Shown one piece after another: positions 25,121 through 34,316 of a stretch of 64,000 nt of DNA. The stretch is taken from positions 5,398 through 69,397 of the forward strand of contig MHMW01000028.1 in assembly GCA_001819495.1 (NCBI GenBank), given 5' to 3'. This DNA is from Candidatus Portnoybacteria bacterium RBG_19FT_COMBO_36_7 (GTDB taxonomy: Bacteria; Patescibacteriota; Minisyncoccia; Portnoybacterales; GWB1-42-6). Below the pieces are notes generated by a model. That model was given only the letters and a program-made list of their open reading frames with translations, made no database searches and had not been told where the DNA came from. Every line of letters begins with the position of its first letter. The stretch's first letter is position 1. The position numbers and the translations under genes are program-made.

Positions 25121-25627
25121 GTGAAAAATATTGAATTAAAAGTGAAAATTAATAGCATCAGAGGTATAGCTGGATTACTGAAAAAACTACACGCAAAGCA
25201 TAGGGGAGTTCTAAAACAAATAGATACATATTATAACGATAAGGAAGGAAGGCTAAAAATCAGGGAAGTTAACGGAAAATATTTTGAAAAGATATTTTAT
25301 AAAAGACCGGATAAGGAATCGTCAAAAATCTCATTCTATACAGTATCTAAAATTAAAAAACCGCAATTACAAAAAGAAAAAAGCTTTTTAAAAAAGGCTC
25401 TTGGAGAAAAAGTCATTGTTGAAAAACAAAGAGAGTTGTGGATATTAAAAAATACTCGCGTGCATTTAGATAGAGTTAAGCATCTGGGAAATTTCCTTGA
25501 ACTAGAAACAGAAGTCGAAAAAGCGGGGAAGAATGCCGAAAGAGAACACAAAGAAATTATAGATCAATTGAATCTTTCAAAATATAAACCTTTCGCCAAA
25601 TCATATAGCGATATGCTGATGAATTAA
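25121..25627 (+). CDS. CYTH-domain protein (class IV adenylyl cyclase / triphosphate tunnel metalloenzyme family).
   Basis: IELKVKI...YY...LKIRE...KR...LELETEV pattern of the CYTH tunnel. Confidence 0.5.
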   Translation: MKNIELKVKINSIRGIAGLLKKLHAKHRGVLKQIDTYYNDKEGRLKIREVNGKYFEKIFYKRPDKESSKISFYTVSKIKKPQLQKEKSFLKKALGEKVIVEKQRELWILKNTRVHLDRVKHLGNFLELETEVEKAGKNAEREHKEIIDQLNLSKYKPFAKSYSDMLMN

Positions 25628-25686
25628 AATTTTGAATTTTGAAATTCGAATTTCAAATCAAATTCTAATTCGTTAATTTTGAAACA

Positions 25687-25809
25687 GTGCAAACCAAAAA
25701 AACATTTGACCTCGAAGAAAAAACGGCAAAATTTGGCTTGGAAATTAGAAATCTACATTGCTTGACTTTTAAAAAATCAGATGTAAAATACAGACATGCG
25801 CAAAATTGA
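25687..25809 (+). pseudogene. N-terminal fragment of a four-helix-bundle (23S rRNA IVS-type) protein.
   Basis: TFDLEEKTAKFGLEIRNL resembles IYDLEERTAKFGENIIEF of 42822-43202. It is truncated after 40 codons. Confidence 0.3.
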
Positions 25810-26014
25810 GCTAAAAAATGTAGTCTGGAAAGAGGGCAAACATTATGTGGCCTGGAATTTAAATACCAGTGTTTCTAGTTTTGGCGGCACAAAAAAAGAG
25901 GCATTGAAATGTTTGGAAGAGGCGCTGACCTTGTATTTTGAAGACATGCCGATTTCCAAGATAGCAAAAGTGGAGCGCCCGGATATGGTTCCGCTGAATT
26001 TTACATATGCCTAG
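25796..26014 (+). CDS. HicB-like (UPF0150) antitoxin-type protein.
   Basis: VVWKEGKHYVAWNLNTSVSSFGGTKKEALKCLEEALTLYFED matches the HicB N-terminal domain pattern. Confidence 0.5.
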   Translation: MRKIELKNVVWKEGKHYVAWNLNTSVSSFGGTKKEALKCLEEALTLYFEDMPISKIAKVERPDMVPLNFTYA

Positions 26015-26081
26015 GCCCATCCCATTGAAACTTGTACTTAAAGTCCTTCGCGCCAAGGGCTTTATTTTTGTTTCATAAGCT

Positions 26082-26225
26082 GGCAGTCACGCTAAATTTC
26101 ACAAACCGGGCAATCCGATAAAAACGGTGATCGTAAAAATAGGCAAGAAAGAAATCCCGCACGGAACATTTCAATCCATTTTGCTTCTTTCCGGACTTTC
26201 CGAAAGCGATTTTAGGAAGAGATAG
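26082..26225 (+). pseudogene. HicA toxin remnant: C-terminal two-thirds only, with no start codon.
   Basis: GSHAKFHKPGNPIKTVIVKIGKKEIPHGTFQSILLLSGLSESDF resembles HicA (GSH..F.HP....VTVP.HG.K.L..GTL.SILKQAGL). An in-frame TAA lies immediately upstream. Confidence 0.35.
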
Positions 26226-26403
26226 ATATTTTAAAAAAATGAAGGGCGTATTTCATCTCATAATTATAAAAAAGCCGATGACCAAAAACTAAAAGAACTT
26301 ACAAAAAAAATACGAAGTTAAAATGCTGATTAAATTATATAAAGATTAAAAAAGAAGCCCGAGAGAATAATCTCTCGGGCATATTCATTGTTGCCAAATT
26401 AGA

Positions 26404-27726
26404 TTAGGGGGTAAGCCTATTAACACCCCTATATAGATACGTAACTTCACGTACGTTCTTAAAGCCGAGCAAAACCATTAACATACGCGTAAGCCCGAAT
26501 CCATATCCTCCGTGAGGCGGACATCCATACTTGAAGAAGTCTAAATAGTATTGAATCGATTCAGGCCTGAGGCCTTTCTCTTTAATCTGCTTCAGCAGGA
26601 TATCGTATCTGTGTTCTCGTTGAGCTCCAGTGGTAACTTCAAGCCCCTTCCATATTAAATCAAAGCTTTTTGTGATCGTTGGCTCGTCTTCGTATCTCAT
26701 ATGATAGAACGGCCTGACAGAGATAGGATAATCGGTGACGAATACAAATTCATGTTTATAGTGTTCTTTAATGTACTTGGCAAGCAGTCTCTCTCCTTCT
26801 GGATCCAAGTCACCTTTACTGCCCCTGTCTATCGTATGACCTATCTTTTCCAATATTTTATAAGCCTCTGCCATCTTTATTCTTGGAAAAGGTAAATCTG
26901 GCACGATCACTTCTTCTTTGAACATTTCTTTGATCCGTTCTCCGTGCTCCTCCTTTATACCTTTCAATATTTCATGGAGCCATTGCTCTTCAAGGTGCAT
27001 GACGTCTTCGTGAGATTTAATCCAGGATATCTCCACATCAACACTCGTAAACTCTGTATCGTGCCTTGAAGTAAAAGAAGGGTTAGCTCGAAAAACGGGC
27101 CCGATCTCAAAAACTCTGTCAAACCCTGCTGCCATAGCCATCTGTTTGTAAAACTGAGGTGACTGGGCAAGGTATGCATATTTGCCGAAATATTCGACTC
27201 TGAATAATTCGGCACCGGATTCACTCGCACTTCCCATGAATTTAGGCGAATGGATTTCAATAAATCCGTTCTTGATCCAGAAATTACGCATCTCTTGTTC
27301 AATCGTGGTTTGGACCTGAAATACGAGCAAGTTCGATGGCTGCCGCAAATCTAAGAATCTCCAATCCAGACGATTTTCTAGGGAAGTCTCTTTCGGATCG
27401 ATTGGCAGCGGCGACATGGCTAAATTCAATATTTTGATCTCATCAATCACAATCTCTATCTGTTGGAGTTTCACCTGATCATTTTTAACCACGACCCCAG
27501 AAATTTCAATTGCAGACTCCGACGTAAGACTGTCGATTAATTTCTCGATAGGATCATCGCCACCTTTACGTTCATGAATTGCCTGGACAAGACCCGTTTT
27601 ATCCCGGACAATGATAAATTGCATCTTTTTTTGTTTGCGGATAGCATGAACCCATCCATCAATAGTGGTTTTTTCGTTAATCTTCTCTTTCAGTTTTCCG
27701 ATTAAAGTCCTCTTCATACCTTTCAC
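26404..27726 (-). CDS. aspS: Class IIb aminoacyl-tRNA synthetase, archaeal/eukaryal-type short form, most likely aspartyl-tRNA synthetase.
   Basis: N-terminal OB anticodon-binding fold, motif 2 FRANPSFTSRHDTEFTSVDVE, motif 3 GGYGFGLTRMLMVLLGFKNVREV, and AGGAGGTGA RBS. Confidence 0.6.
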   Translation of the reverse strand: MKGMKRTLIGKLKEKINEKTTIDGWVHAIRKQKKMQFIIVRDKTGLVQAIHERKGGDDPIEKLIDSLTSESAIEISGVVVKNDQVKLQQIEIVIDEIKILNLAMSPLPIDPKETSLENRLDWRFLDLRQPSNLLVFQVQTTIEQEMRNFWIKNGFIEIHSPKFMGSASESGAELFRVEYFGKYAYLAQSPQFYKQMAMAAGFDRVFEIGPVFRANPSFTSRHDTEFTSVDVEISWIKSHEDVMHLEEQWLHEILKGIKEEHGERIKEMFKEEVIVPDLPFPRIKMAEAYKILEKIGHTIDRGSKGDLDPEGERLLAKYIKEHYKHEFVFVTDYPISVRPFYHMRYEDEPTITKSFDLIWKGLEVTTGAQREHRYDILLKQIKEKGLRPESIQYYLDFFKYGCPPHGGYGFGLTRMLMVLLGFKNVREVTYLYRGVNRLTP

Positions 27727-27766
27727 CTCCTATTCAATATAAACAGAAAGTCTAGAAAATGCAAGT

Positions 27767-29095
27767 CTACGGCGCGACTTTCCGCCCAAACGTCCGAAAG
27801 AAAGGAATTGTATCCCGAACATGGGGAATACGTAGAAGCCACCGAATAAATCTTTCAATCCCCATACCAAATCCAATATGGGGGACGCAGCCGTATTGCC
27901 TTAAATCTCGTAACCACTCATATTGAGGATTGCCAAGTTTTCCTTTTTCTTTCATTCGTTCATCCAGCATCGCCAGATCATGAATCTTTTCTGCTACTCC
28001 CAATATTTCTCCAAATCCTTCGGTTGCTATTAGGTCGGCCGTTTTAGTTACCCTCGGATCGTTTGGGTTAATAACGTACGGGAAAGGTTCTACGCTGCGT
28101 GGGATACCGATTACCCAGAAAGGCTTCTGAAAATGATTTGATAAAAAGGCCTCTTCTTCTGTGCCTAAACTTTTACCAAATTCAAATTCAAATCCATTTC
28201 TCTGAAGCAGCGAAACGGCTTCAGTATAGCTAATGCGATCGTAGGGTGTATCTTTCCCAGCATCGCAAAGTATAGATCCCAAAGTTTTTAATAGTTCTCC
28301 CGCTTCTTCGCAGCAACGCTGGGTGACATCTTTTATAAGACTTTCAACAATATACATGATGTCATCCAGATTACCGAACGCAACCTCTGCTTTTAGATGC
28401 CAATATTCCATTAAATGCCTCTTGCTTTTGCTTTCTTCCCCGCGAAAGCTAGGCCCAATGTTATATACTTTCTCAAAAGCATGAACTGCGCTTTCTAAAT
28501 AGAAACCTACGCACTGGGTCAAAAATATATCCTGATCGTGTACTCTTAACGGAATTGCGGATCGGTCTTCATAAAGCGGTGTTGGGGTTAATACTGGCGC
28601 AGTAATTTCAATGAAACCGTTATTGCGAAACCACTGATGTATTATCCCCATAGCTATGTGTCGAAAACGCAATATCGCCATTAATTTTTCATTGCGCAGA
28701 TAGAAATGGCGATTGTTCATCAACTGCTCTTGGATCTTGGGCTCAAAAATATCAATTTCGCCACGCGGTTGCGGAAATATCTGAATTGTGGCCAAACCAA
28801 TAATCTCTATGCGATCAACAGAAATCTCACGCGCTAATCCTGTTCGTATAATCTTCTTCCTCAAAACGCCCTCTACTTTAATTGATGATTCTGGGGTCAC
28901 TTTTGTTGCCACATCGAAGTCACTTGGAATAACTTTTGCCCTTTCTACTACGGCCTGTATACAACCAGTAGAATCACAAATATCAAGAAATATGACCTTA
29001 CCATGCTTTCTCTTTGCCTTTACCCATCCTAATAATACTATCTTAGTATCTAGATTAACTCTTTCTTTCAAATCTACTATATACAGCTCTTTCAT
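27767..29095 (-). CDS. asnS: Asparaginyl-tRNA synthetase (class IIb). I place the start at MKELYIVDL, behind a strong AAGGAGG RBS, rather than the ORF-track 29116.
   Basis: Motif 2 FRGEESKSKRHLMEYWHLKAEVAFGNLDD closely resembles the AsnRS motif FRAE.S.TSRHLAEFWMLEPEVAF; motif 3 GFGMGIERFIRWLL...VRDTIPFPR. Confidence 0.6.
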   Translation of the reverse strand: MKELYIVDLKERVNLDTKIVLLGWVKAKRKHGKVIFLDICDSTGCIQAVVERAKVIPSDFDVATKVTPESSIKVEGVLRKKIIRTGLAREISVDRIEIIGLATIQIFPQPRGEIDIFEPKIQEQLMNNRHFYLRNEKLMAILRFRHIAMGIIHQWFRNNGFIEITAPVLTPTPLYEDRSAIPLRVHDQDIFLTQCVGFYLESAVHAFEKVYNIGPSFRGEESKSKRHLMEYWHLKAEVAFGNLDDIMYIVESLIKDVTQRCCEEAGELLKTLGSILCDAGKDTPYDRISYTEAVSLLQRNGFEFEFGKSLGTEEEAFLSNHFQKPFWVIGIPRSVEPFPYVINPNDPRVTKTADLIATEGFGEILGVAEKIHDLAMLDERMKEKGKLGNPQYEWLRDLRQYGCVPHIGFGMGIERFIRWLLRIPHVRDTIPFFRTFGRKVAP

Positions 29096-29256
29096 GACGT
29101 GCCTCCTTTTATTCATTTTTTAAGAAACTATCAGAATTTTAATCCTCTATAATACTAATTTCATAAAGAATTGTCAATATTTTGTTATGGTTCATTTACC
29201 TATTTAAAATACCTATAGTATAATATAATAAACAGATTAAATCTTAATTAAAACCT

Positions 29257-30795
29257 ATGCCTTCCAAGATTTTTTCAGCCGCTTTAATCGGCCTGGACTG
29301 CCTGCCGATTGAAGTTGAGGTTGATATGTCGCCGGGCCTGCACTGCTACAATATAGTCGGCCTGCCTGACGCGGCTATCAAAGAATCAAAGGAAAGGATT
29401 TCCTCGGCCATCAAGAATTCTGGCGCCTCGCCGCCTCATCATTCAAACAGAAGGGTCACGGTGAACCTTGCGCCGGCGGATCTGAAAAAAGAAGGGCCAA
29501 GCTACGACCTGCCCATTGCCGTGGCTTTTTTAATTGCTTCTGAACAAGTCGCGCCAAAAAATATTGACCTGGAAAAAACTTTATTTCTTGGCGAACTTTC
29601 GCTTGAGGGAAAATTGCGCCATGTCAACGGCGTTCTGGCTGCCGCGCTTATGGCCCGCGAAAAAGGCTTTGCCACTTTATTTGTTCCTCATGAGGATGCG
29701 GCCGAAGCCGCGCTGGTTGAAGGCTTGGAAATTATCGGCGCCGACACTTTAGAAAATCTTTTTTTGCATCTGGAAAAAAAACAAATAATAGAGCCAACGC
29801 CCTTAACAGACATTGCTAAATATTATATAGAAACCGATTCGCCATATGACATGGCCTATGTCAGGGGACAGGAGCATGCCAAGCGCGCTTTGGAAATTGC
29901 CGCGGCCGGCGCCCACAATCTTATAATGTCCGGGCCGCCGGGCGCCGGCAAAACTTTGCTGGCCCGGACAATGCCGACAATCCTGCCTCCCTTATCGCTG
30001 CCAGAATCGCTCCAAGTGACAAAAATTTTCAGTGTGGCTGGCCGGCTGGGAGAAAACAGACCGCTTATCACCCAGCGACCTTTCCGCAGCCCTCATCACA
30101 CGGCTTCTGCTCCGGCCCTGGTCGGAGGCGGCAACCACCCAAAACCCGGCGAAATAACCCTGGCGCACCGGGGCGTTTTGTTTATGGATGAGTTTCCGGA
30201 ATTTCACCGCGACGTTCTGGAAGCCCTGCGCCAGCCCCTGGAAGACGGAGTGGTGACAGTTTCCCGGGCTCAGGGAACGCTCAATTTTCCGGCCCGCTTC
30301 ATTTTGGTAGCGGCCATGAATCCCTGCCCCTGCGGCAACGCTACGAATCCTTTAAAAAACTGCGTCTGCACACCGAATCAAATTTCAAAATATAAGCGCC
30401 GGATTTCCGGCCCCTTAATGGACCGCATCGATCTTCACATAGAAGTGCCGCCGCTAAAATATGAAAAGTTGGCCGGCGAAAAAGTTTCGGAAGAAAGCAG
30501 AGAGGTCAGAAAACGCGTTGAGGGCGCCAGAGAAACACAAAGAGAAAGATTTAAAGAAGAAAGTAATTCTGTCAATTCCGAAATGAGCATCCAGCAGATA
30601 AAAAAATACTGCCAGATTGATTCGACTTCCCAGCAAATCTTAAAAAACGCGGTTAACACCATGCATTTATCCGCCCGCGGCTATCACCGAGTGCTCAAAC
30701 TCTCCCGCACTATTGCCGACCTCGCCGGCCAAATAAATATTCTGCCATCTCATCTGGCCGAAGCGCTGCAGTATCGGGCCAAAGAAGAAATATAA
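29257..30795 (+). CDS. comM: YifB/ComM-family Mg-chelatase-like AAA+ ATPase.
   Basis: Lon-protease-like N-terminal domain, Walker A MSGPPGAGKTLLAR, Walker B VLFMDEFPEF, C-terminal ChlI-like region. Confidence 0.85.
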   Translation: MPSKIFSAALIGLDCLPIEVEVDMSPGLHCYNIVGLPDAAIKESKERISSAIKNSGASPPHHSNRRVTVNLAPADLKKEGPSYDLPIAVAFLIASEQVAPKNIDLEKTLFLGELSLEGKLRHVNGVLAAALMAREKGFATLFVPHEDAAEAALVEGLEIIGADTLENLFLHLEKKQIIEPTPLTDIAKYYIETDSPYDMAYVRGQEHAKRALEIAAAGAHNLIMSGPPGAGKTLLARTMPTILPPLSLPESLQVTKIFSVAGRLGENRPLITQRPFRSPHHTASAPALVGGGNHPKPGEITLAHRGVLFMDEFPEFHRDVLEALRQPLEDGVVTVSRAQGTLNFPARFILVAAMNPCPCGNATNPLKNCVCTPNQISKYKRRISGPLMDRIDLHIEVPPLKYEKLAGEKVSEESREVRKRVEGARETQRERFKEESNSVNSEMSIQQIKKYCQIDSTSQQILKNAVNTMHLSARGYHRVLKLSRTIADLAGQINILPSHLAEALQYRAKEEI

Positions 30796-30832
30796 ATTAA
30801 AAATTCAAAATCCAAAGTTCAAATGTCAAACT

Positions 30833-30860
30833 AAAAAGCCCAGAAGGGCTTTTTAGTTTT
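30833..30860. terminator. Bidirectional terminator.
   Basis: AAAAAGCCCAGAAGGGCTTTTTAGTTTT. Confidence 0.65.
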
Positions 30861-30869
30861 TTCTCTTTA

Positions 30870-32072
30870 TTAGAAATTTCTCGCCTTGCCGGCCAGAGGA
30901 TTGGTCGCGCCCCTGACCTCAAAATGCAGGTGGCAGCCGGTAGATCGGCCGGTGGTGCCCATCAGCATTATCAGCTGTCCTTGCACAACTTTCTCACCGG
31001 TTTCAACTAAAAGCTTTGAAGCGTGGCCATAAAGAGTGACTACGCCGTTTGGATGCTGAATCTTGATGTATTTGCCGTAGCCGCCGTTATAGCCGACGCC
31101 GTCAGAAAGAGTCACTGTGCCCCCCGCAGCCGCGTATATCGGCGTACCGCAGGTATCAGCGATATCAACTCCGTTTGAAGCGTGAATTCTGCCCCAGCTG
31201 TGGCCGGTGGTCGGAATAATCAGCCAGCCAGCCGGAATAGTTGATTCTGCGTATTTTTTGGTCGGCGTGGTATATTTGGGCGTGGCCGCTGTTGCGGGCA
31301 TTCCGCCGCCCGGGATTATCAGATATTCGCCAACTCCGATCGTGCCTTCCAAAGACAAATCATTGAAAGCGATAATCTCCATTTTATCACCTTTGTATTT
31401 TTTGGCGATGGCATCCAGAGTATCGTTTTTGCCCACCTGCACCCGCACGCCGTTAATCGGCAAAATAATAAGTTCCTGGCCCGGCTTGATAATGCTGTAT
31501 TCGGTCAGGCCGTTAGCCGCCAACAAAGTATCGGTGTTGATGCTAAAACTGATGGCAATTTTTTCCGGATTATCTCCTTCTTTGACGATATATTTCACGA
31601 TTTCGTTTCTGAAGCCCGAAAACATGGCGTTTCCCGAAGGATTGGCCAAGGAAACAACAGAATTATTTTCAACCACCATCATGTCATAATCTTCGTATTG
31701 ATCATCAGCAGTAAAATCTATCTGAGCCTGGGCAATCGGCGCCACCAGCGAACCAAATACCATAGGCCCGCCCAAAACGCCGTTGTCTGACACATTCTGC
31801 AAGGTCTGATCAATTGCGGTGCCTTCCTGAATTTCGCCCTTCACTATTTCGCCGGCCTCTTCCATGAACAGATGGGGCCTTAAGTTTTCATCTTTTGTCC
31901 ATGGTGAGCCATAAAAATCAAGAGTCAAAGCCACAAACAAAATAACGGCCAACGATGCCAGCCATTTGCGCTGCCCCCATATAACGCTAAAAATCACTTG
32001 CCTGAGTGATTTATTTGGGTTTTTTTGCTCTTTGGGGAAGCTTATTTTATTCAGTTTTAGTGGTTTGGACAC
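30870..32072 (-). CDS. LysM-domain M23-family peptidoglycan metalloendopeptidase.
   Basis: Two LysM-like segments (EGDNPEKIAISFSINTDTLLAANGL; GKNDTLDAIAKKYKG...AFNDL) and M23 motifs HASNGVDIA (HxxxD-like) and GCHLHFEV (HxH). Confidence 0.8.
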   Translation of the reverse strand: MSKPLKLNKISFPKEQKNPNKSLRQVIFSVIWGQRKWLASLAVILFVALTLDFYGSPWTKDENLRPHLFMEEAGEIVKGEIQEGTAIDQTLQNVSDNGVLGGPMVFGSLVAPIAQAQIDFTADDQYEDYDMMVVENNSVVSLANPSGNAMFSGFRNEIVKYIVKEGDNPEKIAISFSINTDTLLAANGLTEYSIIKPGQELIILPINGVRVQVGKNDTLDAIAKKYKGDKMEIIAFNDLSLEGTIGVGEYLIIPGGGMPATAATPKYTTPTKKYAESTIPAGWLIIPTTGHSWGRIHASNGVDIADTCGTPIYAAAGGTVTLSDGVGYNGGYGKYIKIQHPNGVVTLYGHASKLLVETGEKVVQGQLIMLMGTTGRSTGCHLHFEVRGATNPLAGKARNF

Positions 32073-32302
32073 GGTATTTTACTCATCTATAATATCATTT
32101 TTGCCAAAGGACAGTCAAGGAAATCCTCCACAGGCATTCCACAACAATTTCACAGCAAAATTGCGCGGTTTTTAGCCATAGCAGCCGGCCTGGGCGCTGT
32201 TCGCGGCTTTCATCATATGAATGTAAACTTTTTAATTTTGCACTGCCATTTTGATTTTTTCATTTTGAATTTTTAATTTTTGCGCTATACTTAAAAAGTC
32301 TT

Positions 32303-34246
32303 ATGCCCTATATTACCGACCAGCTTAACGAAAAACAAAAAGAGGCGGTTACCACCATTGACGGCCCTCTTTTGATAGTGGCCGGGCCGGGTTCTGGCAA
32401 AACAAAGGTTTTGACGCACCGGATAGCTTATCTTATCCAGCAGAGGGTTGCCCCGCAAAATATTTTAGCTGTTACCTTCACCAACAAGGCCGCCTCTGAA
32501 ATGAAAGAAAGAGTGCAGAAATTGCTGGCGCACAACAAATTTGCCAAGCCTTCAACCCCAGCGCATCTGCCGACGCTTGGCACATTCCATTCTGTCTGCG
32601 CTCGCCTTTTAAGAAATGAAGCAACCTCGCTTGGCTACAAAAAAGACTTTGTCATTTTTGACGACAAAGATTCGCTGGCCATGATAAAAAAAGTAATGGC
32701 CGAGCTTGAGATATCAGCCGACCAATTCAAGCCCGAAACCATCGCCAATATGATCTCGCAGGCCAAAAGCGAGCTCATTGACCAAAAACTGTATCAGGAA
32801 AATTCAGCCGAAGCTTATTATCAGCAGATCGTCGCCAGAGTTTATAACGGGTATCAGGCCAGTCTCAAAAAGAATAACGCAATGGATTTTGACGACCTGA
32901 TAATGCTGGCCAGCAAACTTTTTTTTGAGCAGCCGGAAATCCTGGAAAAATATCAGGACATTTTCAGATATATTCTGGTTGACGAATATCAGGACACCAA
33001 TCACGCCCAGTATGTATTTATCAATCTGCTGGCCAAAAAATACCGCAACATCGGCGCTGTCGGAGATTTTGACCAGTCTATCTATGCTTTCCGGGGCGCG
33101 GATTTCCGCAATATCCTGAATTTTGAAAAAGACTATCCCGACGCCAAAATAATATATCTTGAACAAAATTATCGCTCGACAAAAAACATTCTGGCCGTGG
33201 CCCAGTCAATAATCATCAAAAACAAAAGCCGCAAGGAAAAACAGCTCTGGACAGAGAACAAAGACGGACATCCTATTATTCTGTTTGCCGCCGCAGATGA
33301 AAAAGAAGAAGGCATATTTGTCATCAGGGAAATTGACCGGCTGATCAAAGAACACAGACTTTCTTTCAAGGATTTCACGGTTCTTTATCGCACCAACGCC
33401 CAATCCCGCGCCATTGAAGAATCTTTTCTTAAATTCGGCCTGCCTTACAAGGTTGTCGGCACGGTGAAATTCTACGAAAGAAAAGAGATAAAAGATATCC
33501 TGTCTTATCTCCGGCTTTTACAGAACCCCGATGATATGCTGAGCCTTGAACGCATTGTCAATGTGCCGCCGCGGGGCCTGGGCCGGGCAACAAACATCCA
33601 CGAATTGAACGCCGGCGGCGCCACGTCTTTGGCTTCGGCCACGCCAAAAAAGATGCGGGCCTGGGAAAATTTCAAAAAAATGACGGATGACCTGCGCCAA
33701 ACTTCAAAAATCCTGCCGCTTTCACAAACCCTAAAACAAATCATCGGCCGCACGGAATTTGAAAAATATCTGCGCGACGGCACCGAAGAAGGGGAGATGC
33801 GCTGGGAGAACGTCAAAGAGCTTTTTACCGTTACCAAAAAATACGATGTGCTTGCACCAAAAGAGGGAATCTCCAGCCTGCTGGAAGAAGTCGCCTTGCT
33901 TTCAAATCACGATGAAGTTGAAACCAAAACAGACGTCGTCAACCTGATGACTCTGCATTGCGCCAAAGGGCTTGAATTTCCGGCTGTCTTTATCGTCGGG
34001 TGCGAAGAAGGGCTTTTCCCGCATTCCCGCTCTCTGCTGGACGCCTGGGAAATGGAAGAAGAAAGGCGTCTCTGCTATGTGGGACTGACCCGCGCCAAAC
34101 AATTTCTGTATCTGTCCTGGGCGAGCCAACGAAATCTTTACGGCTCAATCCAGGTTAACCCGCCGTCGCGTTTTCTCTTTGATATCCCCAAAAACCTGAT
34201 CAATTTACAGGGAGAACAAGGAGGATTGGAGGAATATGATTTTTAA
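32303..34246 (+). CDS. pcrA: ATP-dependent DNA helicase, PcrA/UvrD family (SF1A).
   Basis: Walker A AGPGSGKTKVLTHRIAYL, motif II ILVDEYQDTN, and conserved UvrD blocks through the C-terminal VGLTRAKQ. Confidence 0.9.
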   Translation: MPYITDQLNEKQKEAVTTIDGPLLIVAGPGSGKTKVLTHRIAYLIQQRVAPQNILAVTFTNKAASEMKERVQKLLAHNKFAKPSTPAHLPTLGTFHSVCARLLRNEATSLGYKKDFVIFDDKDSLAMIKKVMAELEISADQFKPETIANMISQAKSELIDQKLYQENSAEAYYQQIVARVYNGYQASLKKNNAMDFDDLIMLASKLFFEQPEILEKYQDIFRYILVDEYQDTNHAQYVFINLLAKKYRNIGAVGDFDQSIYAFRGADFRNILNFEKDYPDAKIIYLEQNYRSTKNILAVAQSIIIKNKSRKEKQLWTENKDGHPIILFAAADEKEEGIFVIREIDRLIKEHRLSFKDFTVLYRTNAQSRAIEESFLKFGLPYKVVGTVKFYERKEIKDILSYLRLLQNPDDMLSLERIVNVPPRGLGRATNIHELNAGGATSLASATPKKMRAWENFKKMTDDLRQTSKILPLSQTLKQIIGRTEFEKYLRDGTEEGEMRWENVKELFTVTKKYDVLAPKEGISSLLEEVALLSNHDEVETKTDVVNLMTLHCAKGLEFPAVFIVGCEEGLFPHSRSLLDAWEMEEERRLCYVGLTRAKQFLYLSWASQRNLYGSIQVNPPSRFLFDIPKNLINLQGEQGGLEEYDF

Positions 34247-34316
34247 TAAATTTTTAATCTCTAATTTTTAATTTTATAAATAATTTCTTAATTTTTAAAT
34301 GTTTAAAATTTAAGAT

